Shown one piece after another: positions 39,414 through 50,522 of a stretch of 64,000 nucleotides of DNA. The stretch's first letter is position 1. Every line of letters begins with the position of its first letter. A model generated the notes under the pieces. It saw only the letters and a program-made list of their open reading frames with translations. It was not told where the DNA came from and searched no databases. Source of the DNA: Lingula anatina (taxonomy: Eukaryota; Animalia; Brachiopoda); NCBI GenBank assembly GCA_051362555.1, contig CM120643.1:3038001-3102000 (forward strand). The letters are read 5' to 3'. The position numbers and the translations under genes are program-made.

Positions 39414-39586
39414 TGCACAAGATTGGCGTTGACGTTGTTTGCAGGGTACACGGTGTACCATCTGGCTTGCTGATGTTCACCCGAAAAACCATCCGCGTCT
39501 TGGTGCTCTTCTTTTTAGACCTTGCGATGCCAATACGCTGCTCCACATCTGCGTTCCTCAGTTTTAATATTCCCACGCAGTCTATG
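39414..39586 (-). CDS. NFAT5: NFAT5-like exon, RHD-N
   Basis: [39 protein letters not shown]...[10 protein letters not shown]; acceptor atttcag|C, donor A|gtaagt. Confidence 0.96.
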
Positions 39587-40595
39587 CTGAAATTAGATAA
39601 AAAAATTGAGATGGATTAAGTTTCTTACAAATCAAATCTTCAAAAATTCACAAAATTTATGTGATTTTTCATGGATTTTAGTTTTTCTACAAATCAATAT
39701 TCACACAGTGCATGTGTACTGAAATTAAATATTAAATAAATTGTGAACGTTCTTCGTTTTTTTTCAAATCCACCCTTATTTTTCAGAAGAACATTTTCCT
39801 TCAGACTACATACTGCATGATTGAATGAATAAATGAATGAATGAATGAAGGCACTTTTATAACCAAGCACTGAATGTAAAATCCACCATTTGATTTCAAA
39901 TATTTATTTCTACTGTCCATATGCCAACATCCATTATCTAATGCAGCACTAATGTGAAACTGATGAATCTCATGTCAAAGAAAGGATATGTAGGACTAAT
40001 GATGCTCTTATCTACCACGATGTTTGAATGCATTTTTTTGTCTATAATCTTTATTTTTGAGTACTTTGTTGGCCTATCTATAATGAATATGACTGAAAAA
40101 AAAAAAAGAAGTGACATGCCTTTGCATCCGAGGAAGAATTCTGAAATCATTTTTCACGAAGCAGTAGTCAGCTAATGGTGGCATATATGCTCTTACCATT
40201 CATATACTAGCCATTTACCTTTGCATTTGAAATGGGGATTTGAAGAGAAGAAAGCTCAAATATAACTCCCCAGGCAATGAATGCAAGGTTTCTTGAAGGT
40301 TGAAACATTGTCCTAGTAACAAAGAACTAATGATCAATTAGAGATCGTTAATCCAAGAGGAATCAGTTCTGGTAAAGCAATAGAGCAGAGTATTTTTCCT
40401 TATTTCTTATCTGACACTGATTACTTTCTAATAAAACAGCCTGGTGGTGGAGACATATCACCACATCCTGATTTTTGGGATAATTTCTGCAGTATGAATG
40501 GTCAGAGATCCAGGTAAAAATGATCCTGTCTGTAAATAATGTCAAGAACTTCAGACAACTAAGTCAATAAATAGACCAACCTCTTAAGACACTCA

Positions 40596-40789
40596 GACCC
40601 CATTCCCAGAGATTAGATCGATCTACTTTAGATCGACCCAACTCCCTGGGGGTTCACGCTAAATAGCTGTCAGCCGAGCGGGCACTAAAGTTAATTACCC
40701 CCTTACAGCTTGTAGTAGGCAGGACAGACATTTAAGCCGGATTATCTGACAGTAATCTAGATCGATCTAAAAGCTCTGGGAATACGCCC
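40596..40789. mobile_element. GATCGATC-family MITE (3-bp TNA TSD, Harbinger-like)
   Basis: GACCCCATTCCCAGAG...CTCTGGGAATACGCCC, TCA on both flanks; reverse-complement homolog of 63418-63632 and 54755-54968. Confidence 0.85.
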
Positions 40790-41699
40790 TCAGTGTTGGA
40801 ATATCCTTTATACTTAACCCAGTCCAATTACATAAGTCTATATATGTCTATATACACAAGGATTACAGTGGATGGAGGAAGCAGAATGTGTAATTGTTAC
40901 AGTCAGAAATTTTTACATATAGAACTTGCTTTAATCATTTCTTTCCAATATTATGTGCATCACCGTGCTTATTCTATTTTGTGACTATCTAGAATTAAAG
41001 TGACTATCTAATTTACATGTTATTTATATTTTTCTACATACTTGTTTGCTGTGCATGACTTCACTTGTTTGAAAGTATCATCCTATCTAGGATTTTCATG
41101 TCAAATCTAATTTTCCTCAATAAAAAAGCCCGACACACAGATTATTACCTAAGCTGCCTTCGCAGTTAGATTCCTTGGTTTATAATACTTCTAATAATAC
41201 TTCTTATAATAATAATAATAATAGATACTTCCTAAATGTCTGGCCAAATATGTAAACCACAACAGTCTCCCTGATATTTTGAAAAAAAAACAAAAACATA
41301 TGTTACTCTTCTATGAAGAGTTTTCTTTTTTTAATTTTATTTCAAAGTTATTTGAATTACTGGGTAGCTTTTCATGATATCAGCACAAAGACATGACATT
41401 GAGACAGGTTTAAACATGCGCAGTCTACCTTTAACGAAAATGAAGTGATTGCCGTGCAATACCAGGATCAATACTTTACCTAGCATATTTATAAACACCT
41501 CTACATCCACCTGGCAAGCTGCCAGCCTAGCCATAATGAGACGGATATGAGACTTGCCAAATACAGAAATTATTGTAAAACTATAATTTCCTTTATAAAG
41601 CAATATATTGTTATACGGGAGTCATTCCTATCAATTTCTTACGTGCCCCAGCGCATGCGTTAACTATCTCCGGGTCATGACCCAGACCACTAGGCATTG

Positions 41700-41730
41700 G
41701 ACCAATCAGTAACCCGAACCCAATCACGTG
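41700..41730 (+). promoter_or_regulatory. candidate internal promoter of the YR retrotransposon
   Basis: two CCAATCA boxes (41702, 41720), the second overlapping CACGTG, upstream of a splice donor at 41820. Confidence 0.45.
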
Positions 41731-42578
41731 GGCACAACATTCCAACAAAGGTGCAGATATACAGCTACCGCGAAAGAAGAAAGTCGGAAAAGAATTTTAC
41801 ACAGCGAGTCACAAGAAAGGTAAGCCAAGGAATACGGCTGTATTCTAAATATGTTTTTTATCTTTACCAAGCATTACAGCAAGTTTATGTGCATCATCTA
41901 TTCTCCTATTCGTCTCAGTATTTCTCACTTAGTCACTCCGTTCCGCAGGACACACTCTTTCAAGATGGCGCAAAAAGATTTTCACACAACGGGATGCAAC
42001 TTAATGTCAAATCCTTCACGTACTCCTGATAAAAAATCAAAATTCATTTTCATTATAAGGACGCACATTCATCAACAGTTAGTTGCCCCCCACCCCCCCC
42101 CACCCCCAATTTTCAACAAATTTCTACCGGGCTCGGCAACAACAAACAACTACTAGCGCTCCGGTGCATTTGCGGTCCTTAAATATTGCACAAAAGGGCT
42201 TCCGGTTTCTTATTCCCTTTATTTTATGTCATTATTGCCACCAACGACTTTTTCTTCTCACTTTCCCTTACTTCGTACATAACACTTAACGTATTGACCC
42301 TAGTAAACAAGCCTCATCAACTGGCGACGATGAGTCTACACAGCATCTGGAGACCCGATCGCATAAGCTGTTGCTGCGGAGACACATCTGGGATCCGTTT
42401 ATTGTTACATAATACTTCCCCCTACCCCTTGCAGTGGCTTCTGGCATGACCATAAAACTAAACAACCCTCCCTCCAAGCTAAATTGCTACCATTTACATG
42501 CATTACTTTTAATTCAAAACAAAGCCAAGTTAATTCTAACGTGTGTACTGGGACCCGAGACTTAAAGACCAAGTGAGT

Positions 42579-42582
<4 letters not shown>

Positions 42583-42614
<32 letters not shown>

Positions 42615-43053
42615 ATCCAAGTCAAGTTTACCAAATCAAGCAACAGGTGGGAGAGCCTACACTTTAATTTCCAGTCTCATATATCAGATCCCGCGAATAT
42701 TCCAAGCCAAGCCAAGTTAACCAAATCAACACACATATTAAAAAAAAAAAAAAAAAAAATTCAAGCCAAGTTTACCAAATCAAAACAGGTAGTAGAGCCT
42801 ACAATTTAATTTCAAGTCGTAATATTTGGATCAGCCCTATATTCCAAGCCAAGTTTACCAAATCAAAACAGGTAGTAGAGCCTACAATTTAATTTCCAAG
42901 TCTTACTATTCGTATCAGCCCAATATTCCAAGCCAAGTTTACCACATCAAAATGGGTAGTAGAGCCTACAATTTAATTCTAAATCTTACCTATCGGATCA
43001 GGCAAATATTCCAAGCCAAGTTAACCAAACCAAAACACAGGATTGAGAGCCTT

Positions 43054-43097
<44 letters not shown>

Positions 43098-43157
43098 CCA
43101 ACCCAAGTCACAAATCACACAACAGGTAGGAGAGCATACAATTTATTGTCTACTCTC

Positions 43158-43193
<36 letters not shown>

Positions 43194-43200
43194 AAGTATC
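42583..43200 (+). repeat. ~84-bp degenerate tandem repeats interleaved with poly(A) tracts inside the retrotransposon
   Basis: about 8 copies of tccaagccaagtttaccaaatc, most followed by acaggtagtagagcctacaatttaat; four A-tracts of ~20-39 nt. Confidence 0.85.
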
Positions 43201-43310
43201 AGTCATAGGTCCTACTGTCAAAATTGGATGTAGGGATATATCGTTATATATTTTATACAATAAGTCCAACACTTGGCCATTCACAACAATTCTTACCACC
43301 TTATTTCAGT

Positions 43311-43905
43311 ATGAGCAACAGCGAATGGCGGGTGCTCCTTCTTGGTCACAGTTTCATATCTCGTCTAAAGTCATATGTCAGTGAGCAACGTCCCCTCAAT
43401 TTACATGTTAATACACACTTTTGGTCCAGAGGAGGAGCTACCATCCCACAGTATCGCAGAGAAATAAGCAACCACACTTCCCGCCTCACTCACTTTATTC
43501 AGAATACCCATATACTAATATGCCAACTGGGAGAAAACGACGTCAATCAGCACACTGAGCCAAAACATTTAATCACCCAAGTGGTTGACTTCATACGCCG
43601 TTGTGTTCATCTCAACCCCGATTTGCGCGTCATCTGGTGCCAATTATTCCCACGGTCTGTAGCCCCCAAGAGTAGACTTCGATCCACTGTACAACAGGAT
43701 GCCTTCAACCAAAAAATTGCTGATATCAACACGCTACTCAAAGAAAGCTTACAGAACATACCACAAGCCCGCTATTGGAAACATACAGGAATAGCAACAA
43801 ATGGATTAAACATGCTGGACGATATCGATGGCACGCATCTGAATGCATGGGGTCAAAGAAAATTCCACCGTTCCATTAGGGGAGCTATTTTATTTGCTAC
43901 AAACA
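43311..43905 (+). CDS. SGNH/GDSL hydrolase (esterase) ORF of the retrotransposon, up to the predicted splice donor
   Basis: Blocks LLGHSF (I), RGG (II), QLGENDV (III), DGTHLN (V); ATG at 43311; the unspliced frame continues through (TA)n and poly-A to a stop at 44051. Confidence 0.85.
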
Positions 43906-43978
43906 GTAAGTACGCGTACCCACCAGATCTCAATCCCAGTGATGCCTATCTCTCTCTTCTATATATATATATATATAT

Positions 43979-44038
<60 letters not shown>

Positions 44039-44092
44039 GGCAGGGCTTTAATCTCTGCTCAGGGAGTCACCTCCTTTCTTTTCTTTTAGGTT

Positions 44093-45232
44093 ATGGACTT
44101 CCAACCTCCAGGTATTCCAAGCTCTGTCCCGAGAGAGCAACAACACACTCAGCAACCAGGCCAGCAGGACATTCTCGTGCCTCCTCCCCCTCTTCACAGA
44201 TCAGGACCCGTTCTGACACCATTGCAGACGGTACACGGGCCGTCTGCACATCTTCAACTGCTGGACCTAGACACAAACATTCCCAGGGTAACGACAATGC
44301 AGCCATCACAAGACAGCCTCCCATCTCCCCAGGTTCCTTCCACCGCCCCTGCCACCGCCGGCCCAGATCCCACAGCCATTACCGCTGGTAACTTGACATC
44401 TGGCCACCAGGCTCCCAACGCTCATGCAGCTTCACTTTCATCCCAACTCTTGAACACAACCTCTAACAGCCAACCCATCCTCTTCCACAGTCAGCAGGCA
44501 TCACAGCCGGGTCAAATTCACGCACAGGACAGATTACCGATATCCCCTCAAACCCCTCTGGACAGCCATGTTTCTGCCTCCCTACGCGCAAAAATTTGGA
44601 ATGATGAATACGTATCTTTTCGTGACTTACTATCGCCACATTCAAATGCCTTTTCTTCATGTGATCAAACAGAGGAGGAGCAGTTTATTCAAAAAAGAAA
44701 AACGGACGCAGAGGGAAACATGGCTATTATCTACTCACCAGTTTCTAAGAAAAGTACACAATTATCTTTTGCCCAATGGCAGTCGGCCTACAATACATTC
44801 TGTATTATATACCTTCAAAAGCACCCAGAAGAGGCTGGCAACCTCCTCCAATATGGAAACAGAATACTGGAAATGTACCTCGGAAAATTTGGTTACTGGC
44901 GGACATACGATGAGCGCTTTAGGGCCAACTTTAAGGCCATGAATTACAAGTGGCAAGCACCTGATGCCATTCTACTGGCAGACCTAAGCTTTGTACAACG
45001 ACCCCAGATACAACCCCAACGCACAGCCTCTTGTTTTCGTTGGAACAGGGGGATCTATTGCGACAACAAATCCTGCCAGTACTCCCACAGATGTTCCCTA
45101 TGTCGGGGCCAACACCCATCATCAGTGTGCTCACAAGCTTCCCACACTTATTACCAGCCACAACAGCAAAGAGTTAGACAACAACGCCCACAACCTTTCA
45201 ACAGAAGAGGTGCCTTCAACAGACGCCGCTAA
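44093..45232 (+). CDS. Gag-like ORF of YR retrotransposon
   Basis: P/Q-rich N-terminus, KIWNDEYVSFRDLL, W..YDERFR, C-terminal Cys/His finger CFRWNRGIYCDNKSCQYSHRCSLCRGQHPSSVC and Arg-rich tail. Confidence 0.85.
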   Translation: MDFQPPGIPSSVPREQQHTQQPGQQDILVPPPPLHRSGPVLTPLQTVHGPSAHLQLLDLDTNIPRVTTMQPSQDSLPSPQVPSTAPATAGPDPTAITAGNLTSGHQAPNAHAASLSSQLLNTTSNSQPILFHSQQASQPGQIHAQDRLPISPQTPLDSHVSASLRAKIWNDEYVSFRDLLSPHSNAFSSCDQTEEEQFIQKRKTDAEGNMAIIYSPVSKKSTQLSFAQWQSAYNTFCIIYLQKHPEEAGNLLQYGNRILEMYLGKFGYWRTYDERFRANFKAMNYKWQAPDAILLADLSFVQRPQIQPQRTASCFRWNRGIYCDNKSCQYSHRCSLCRGQHPSSVCSQASHTYYQPQQQRVRQQRPQPFNRRGAFNRRR

Positions 45233-46871
45233 GGCCCCCATCCTATCAGCAATCGCATTAAATAAGTCAGCATCGTCAAGGTACCGAGACATTGTATCAC
45301 CCATCAGCCCCCTGGCTTTAGCCCAAATTCTACAACACTATACACCACGTATTAAACTATATTTAGTCAATGGATTTACCCACGGCTTCCAAATTCCCTT
45401 TGAAGGTCCCCTACCTCAATCATCAAAAACCAACCTGAAATCAGCAGCTGAGTGGCCCGAAGCAGTACGAACAAAAATCGCAGGGGAACTACAAAACGGA
45501 CGAATAGAGGGGCCATTTGAAATCTCACCATATCCAATCTTTATACTATCACCGGTGGGAGTTGTGCCTAAAAAGACACCTGGAAAATTCAGATTCATAC
45601 ATCACTTGTCACACCCGGTCAGGGCCTCAGTCAACGATGGTATCGGTGACAAGTATTCCTCAGTGCAATACAGCACTGTTACTCATGCCATATCAATTCT
45701 TAAGACTTTAGGCCCGGGAGCCCATATGGCCAAAACGGACATTGAGAATGCTTTCAGACTGGTCCCAATTCATCCAGACTTTCGCTTCTTATTGGGCTTC
45801 TCATTTGAATCGCAGCTTTACTTCGATAAAACTCTTCCCATGGGTTTATCCTGTTCTTGCCAAATCTTTGAAACATTTAGCACTGCAATTCAATGGGCAG
45901 CTCATAAAAACTGCAAGATACAGCACATGTTACACTTACTGGATGACTTCTTTATTGCAGCTCCTTCTTACACTGATTGTGCCAACGACTTAACCAAATT
46001 CTTGGCTATGTGCAAAAGCATTGGTATTCCTATGTCCAAAGAAAAAACAACACAACCAGCGACTACAATGTCTTTTGCAGGCATTGAACTGGACTCATTA
46101 CGGCAGGAAGCCCGACTACCGCAAGACAAAATTGACAATTGCCTATCCCTCATTACAGCTCACTGTAGCAAAAAGAAAACGACCCTCAAGGAGCTACAGT
46201 CCATCATCGGCACACTTAATTTTTGCTGTTTAATTATCCCTGGAGGAAGGGCTTTTCTACGTAGGCTCATTGACTTAACACGAGGAATTTCACAAGCTCA
46301 TTTCCGCATTAGGCTTAACAATCAAGTCCGCCAAGACCTGGTCATGTGGCAGGACTTTTTAACCACCTTCAATTGTAAAGCTTTCTTCCATGATGAGGGT
46401 TGGAATGGACTCCATGCCACAACTATTTACACAGATGCCTCCACTTCCATAGGTTTTGGCTCTATAAGCGAACGACGCTGGTTCTACGGCACTTGGCCCC
46501 CATCTATTAACCATATAAATATAGCGGTGCTTGAGATGTACCCCATTGTAGCTTCTGTCCTCATATGGTGCAATTCACTAGCAAACAGAAAAGTGACCAT
46601 CTTCTCAGACAACGAGGCTCTAGTACACGTTATCAACAAATGCACATCTAAGGACCCCCAAATCCTTCACCTTTTACGTCGCTTAGTCCTAACATGTCTT
46701 AAAAACAATATTATCTTCAGGGCTATTCACATAGCTGGTCAAGAAAATGAATCTGCTGATGCATTGTCTCGTTTAAACTTGCAGAAATTCCACTCAATCA
46801 ACCCCAGTGTACTGCCACATCCGGAAAAAATACCAACCCAATGGCTACCAGAGGCCTTGATCATGACATGA
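44991..46871 (+). CDS. reverse transcriptase + RNase H (pol) of YR retrotransposon
   Basis: SPVGVVPKK, KFRFIHHLS, DIENAFR, LPMG, LLDD; RNase H YTDAS, LEMYPI, FSDN, NESADALSR; no methyltransferase domain seen; overlaps gag and has no ATG before ~45726. Confidence 0.95.
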   Translation: MYNDPRYNPNAQPLVFVGTGGSIATTNPASTPTDVPYVGANTHHQCAHKLPTLITSHNSKELDNNAHNLSTEEVPSTDAAKAPILSAIALNKSASSRYRDIVSPISPLALAQILQHYTPRIKLYLVNGFTHGFQIPFEGPLPQSSKTNLKSAAEWPEAVRTKIAGELQNGRIEGPFEISPYPIFILSPVGVVPKKTPGKFRFIHHLSHPVRASVNDGIGDKYSSVQYSTVTHAISILKTLGPGAHMAKTDIENAFRLVPIHPDFRFLLGFSFESQLYFDKTLPMGLSCSCQIFETFSTAIQWAAHKNCKIQHMLHLLDDFFIAAPSYTDCANDLTKFLAMCKSIGIPMSKEKTTQPATTMSFAGIELDSLRQEARLPQDKIDNCLSLITAHCSKKKTTLKELQSIIGTLNFCCLIIPGGRAFLRRLIDLTRGISQAHFRIRLNNQVRQDLVMWQDFLTTFNCKAFFHDEGWNGLHATTIYTDASTSIGFGSISERRWFYGTWPPSINHINIAVLEMYPIVASVLIWCNSLANRKVTIFSDNEALVHVINKCTSKDPQILHLLRRLVLTCLKNNIIFRAIHIAGQENESADALSRLNLQKFHSINPSVLPHPEKIPTQWLPEALIMT

Positions 46872-47743
46872 CGAGATCGTTACAAGCGGCCCTGGCACCG
46901 AGTACAAGACGTACCTATGACAGGGTGGACAGTTTGCTTCAACAATTCACTCTGGAAACTGGACTTACAGCATACCCGGCCGACAACAAAACTACGGCCT
47001 TGTTTGTACAACATCTATCTCGACGCTACAAACCATCTTCTGTAAAAACTTTCCTCTCCGCTCTTAGTTATAGGTACAAATTGATGGGGTATATGGACCC
47101 CACACACTCATTTTTGGTACGCCAGGTGATGAAAGGTATCTCCCGCTTACAACCAACAGTCGACACTAGACGTCCAATCACCTTACCACTGTTGGAAATG
47201 CTGCTACGATCTCTCACTCACCCACTCACCCCGTACCAAATATTATTATTCAAAGCAATGTTCACCACAGCATTTTTTGGTCTTCTCAGGATAAGTGAAT
47301 TCACTTCAGGCCCAGGGGCGCCTAATCACGCTCTTTGCCTTACGGATGTTACACCAATACCATCCAAGGACCAAATCATCCTTAAGCTCAGGACTTTCAA
47401 ACATTCATCACCTTCCTCTAACCACTCTGTGGCCTTAAACAAACAGCCAATGGACATCTGCCCAGTCACACATCTCAAACACTATATGCGAGTTAGGAAA
47501 CCAGGCACAAACCAGCACCTTTTTGTCAACGAAAATGACTCATCGGTTTCTCGTTGCCAGTTCATAGCCATCCTCAATAAATGCCTAGCTGCTTCTGGAA
47601 TATCAAACACCAACATCAAATCCCACAGCTTTCGGATTGGGGGTGCCACCTACGCTGCCCAACAGGGCTTATCATCACAACAAATACGCCTGTTAGGACG
47701 TTGGAAATCGGATGCATTTCTCTCTTACATTCGTTTGCAGTGA
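46841..47743 (+). CDS. tyrosine recombinase (integrase) of YR retrotransposon
   Basis: N-terminal binding domain plus catalytic motifs GLLRISE, HSFRIGGAT, GRWKSDAFLSY. Confidence 0.95.
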   Translation: MATRGLDHDMTRSLQAALAPSTRRTYDRVDSLLQQFTLETGLTAYPADNKTTALFVQHLSRRYKPSSVKTFLSALSYRYKLMGYMDPTHSFLVRQVMKGISRLQPTVDTRRPITLPLLEMLLRSLTHPLTPYQILLFKAMFTTAFFGLLRISEFTSGPGAPNHALCLTDVTPIPSKDQIILKLRTFKHSSPSSNHSVALNKQPMDICPVTHLKHYMRVRKPGTNQHLFVNENDSSVSRCQFIAILNKCLAASGISNTNIKSHSFRIGGATYAAQQGLSSQQIRLLGRWKSDAFLSYIRLQ

Positions 47744-49793
47744 TTACCCGCACTTTGACAATAAGGACTTAGATGAACTCGATGCACGAAAGGTTTATTC
47801 ATGGAACGTGCACTACACTATATATGTTCATGCCAAGCCAACATAGTGACACTGACTATTCTCTCTCAAGTAGTCACGTTAAGTAGATTTTTCATTAGGA
47901 TGCGCATGTATTATCATTAAATTAGCAGCAAAACGGATGCATTTCTCTCTTACATTCGATTGCAGTGATTATCCACACCGTGCATCTCGCTGTGTACAGA
48001 TTTCTCTTTCAGAACTTATCATGGAGCAGTTGGGCCCCTGGGCCCATGGTATGTCGGTACGCATTTCACAATCCGTTACGCTCCGCTCTTTTACTTCTTT
48101 TCATAAAATTGTTAGGGTGACTCCCGTTAACGCCCAACATAAATACATAATTATTAAACATAGCAAATAATTTTACTTTTCAAATATATTGAATTTATAA
48201 ATAATCAAAGAAGCCTTCTCCACTGCTTGCAACACTTACAGCTCTTAACAAGCTGCCGTTAATGGCAATCAGTAAAATACAAATCAAGACTCAAAGATAT
48301 GTCACCATGGTTCCAACATATAAACATGAATGATACCAGAAAAAAAACATTAACTATACTCTTTAATTCTAATCTTATTACTAACTAAGGAGCATTTTGG
48401 ACTGCTTTTGAGACATGAAAAATTGATTGTCATGAGGAACATACTCCACATTTGTATATTGCACAAATAGACAGCAAACCTGTTTCCATATCTGCATGCT
48501 GCATTAACAGCACTATAAAGTAACCTGCTTTCAAATTTTGTTGCCACCAGTCAACAGGAATCTTCTCATTTTTAGAAATTACGACCTAAAAATCCAGTAC
48601 CTGTAAATTTCACAATTTCCCCTATTGAAAAAAAAATGGAATGTTAACCATACCTTATATTAGACAATTGAGCAGTCTACTGTTCTCAGTTAATGGTATA
48701 ACTAAAACTGCAGTCATATCAACCTCCCCTCATCAACAAGGTGCAGTAACACCTCAATCTTTCTTACAGGGAAATTGTGACATTTGAAGGCTGTCACACT
48801 GATTTTTTTTTTTTTTTTTTTGCATTATTTCTTTGAATAAGAACATTTCTATTGAATGATAACAACAAAACCTCATAGTTCTCTTCTATACATAAAAGCA
48901 CCACAACTGCCATATAAAACTAAATCTTAATGGTACAAAAATTACATATCTGAGAGATTAATAACATGTGAAAAGATTGAGTAACTACTGGACGACCTGC
49001 ACAGCAGCAATAAAGATATAACTTTATAATAGTCCTGCTTTTTTTTTCATTACAGAAACGTAGCCCTACTGCTGCTGCAATCTGATACTAGTACAGAAAG
49101 CTGTGTGAGAGTGCAAACAGTTCTAGCTCACCAAGGGTAACTTCATGTTTCTAAATGTGGACTGCTATGTGGTAAGAATTCTGAACTCACTGACCAATTC
49201 CCTAGATGAGAAGTCTTGGCAAGTTTACAAGCAACAATATCCATTTTCTAAATTCTTACCCTGTTGGTATAAATAGATGAGAAATGACTATACACTGACT
49301 GATTATAATTATTACTGACAATCAGGAATAGTTGCACTTGGTTCAATCTCATTACCACTATACCGTAACAATTTAAATCATTTAACACCTCCCTATTACT
49401 TAAATAAATAATGAACTTGGCACTTTCCTGCAGCTCTCCTTATTACCTAAGATGGACAAAATTCTCCACGTAATCATCACTGTAAGATATACAAGTCAAC
49501 CATATTGTGTAAATGACCATGATAAAAATAACCATGTCCGGTATATAGGTGGAAGCACCCAGATTTGGCAATGCTTCATTGATTATATCATCATGTGTAG
49601 ATAACTTACTTCTATGTTTATATAAGAGCATGCCCAGTACTTTGACTTTGGCTTGGACATACCTGAAAGCATAATCTTGTTTGAGTTGGGTCACGGGGAA
49701 TGGTCCAGTGAATTTCCTCTTGGCTATTTGATACTTACATGTAGATTTATTCAGATTGAATTTCTTTTGGACTCCTGGGCTTCAGGAAGGATA

Positions 49794-49796
<3 letters not shown>

Positions 49797-49840
<44 letters not shown>

Positions 49841-49860
49841 TATGTGTGTGTGTGTGTGCG
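49797..49860. repeat. (GT)n microsatellite
   Basis: directly visible. Confidence 0.95.
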
Positions 49861-50331
49861 CACATGTTTGTAACCCAGATTTAAAATTGACACAGTAGTA
49901 GGCTAAAAACATGAGGTGTAAAAAAAGGAGTCACGAAAAATGGCAAAAGGTGCCAATTCTGCGTGATTGCTAAATATCACTAGACTGAGCGTATTTGAAG
50001 GGCAACGGGGTCAGTAGGAGTCAGCTCTTTAGGTGGTGTTGGCATGCTTCCAATCACAGACGAGTGTGCTTGTGAACACAGAATAGGACCAATCAAAAAA
50101 ACACGGAAGCTACGTTCTGCACTTCACAGCTGCTTTTGTCAATGGGTCAGAAACATCTCACAATGTCAGGATGTGCAGAGTCAGTTTTCATGAAAAGGTC
50201 CTAATCTCAGTTTCACTATTGTATATTCTATTAGAAGATATGAGCTTCAACTACACGTATGTTCATTATTTTCAATTCTCTGCCTAAAGCAGTCAGAAAA
50301 TATAAACAAAAACAGTAATAAATCAACTTAC

Positions 50332-50522
50332 TTCACTGTCATATCCGACTCTGGGTTCATATCTATTTCTATCACCGTGGTCCCGTCAATGTCGCGCTCC
50401 CTGCAGGGGGTGGAGCTCTTCCCACTGACCTTACACACCTGGTAGAAGCCGTGAGGGCGGACCTTCCCCGTGTCTGTGCCGATGAAGATCTGCAGGGTAC
50501 AGGGCTGGTGATAACCCAGTAA
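50332..50522 (-). CDS. NFAT5: NFAT5-like exon, RHD-N
   Basis: LLGYHQPCTLQIFIGTDTGKVRPHGFYQVCKVSGKSSTPCRERDIDGTTVIEI; acceptor ttgtcag|TTA, donor AA|gtaagt. Confidence 0.96.

Larger units (their letters stand above)
41610..48131 (+). mobile_element. tyrosine-recombinase retrotransposon (DIRS order, Ngaro-like), apparently intact, antisense in NFAT5 intron
   Basis: ORFs SGNH, gag, RT-RNaseH and YR; imperfect inverted termini gttatacgggagtcattcctatcaattt (41610-41637) and aaattgttagggtgactcccgttaac (48106-48131); exact ends tentative. Confidence 0.9.

Noticed and set aside
43906-44051. Poly-Lys C-terminal tail of the SGNH ORF as real protein
   Set aside because: Encoded by (TA)n plus a ~53-nt A-tract lying between a consensus donor and acceptor; more likely intronic.
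47754-47931. A2 segment of an Ngaro/PAT split direct repeat
   Set aside because: No match to the element's 5' end found by eye beyond a 9-nt ccaagccaa.
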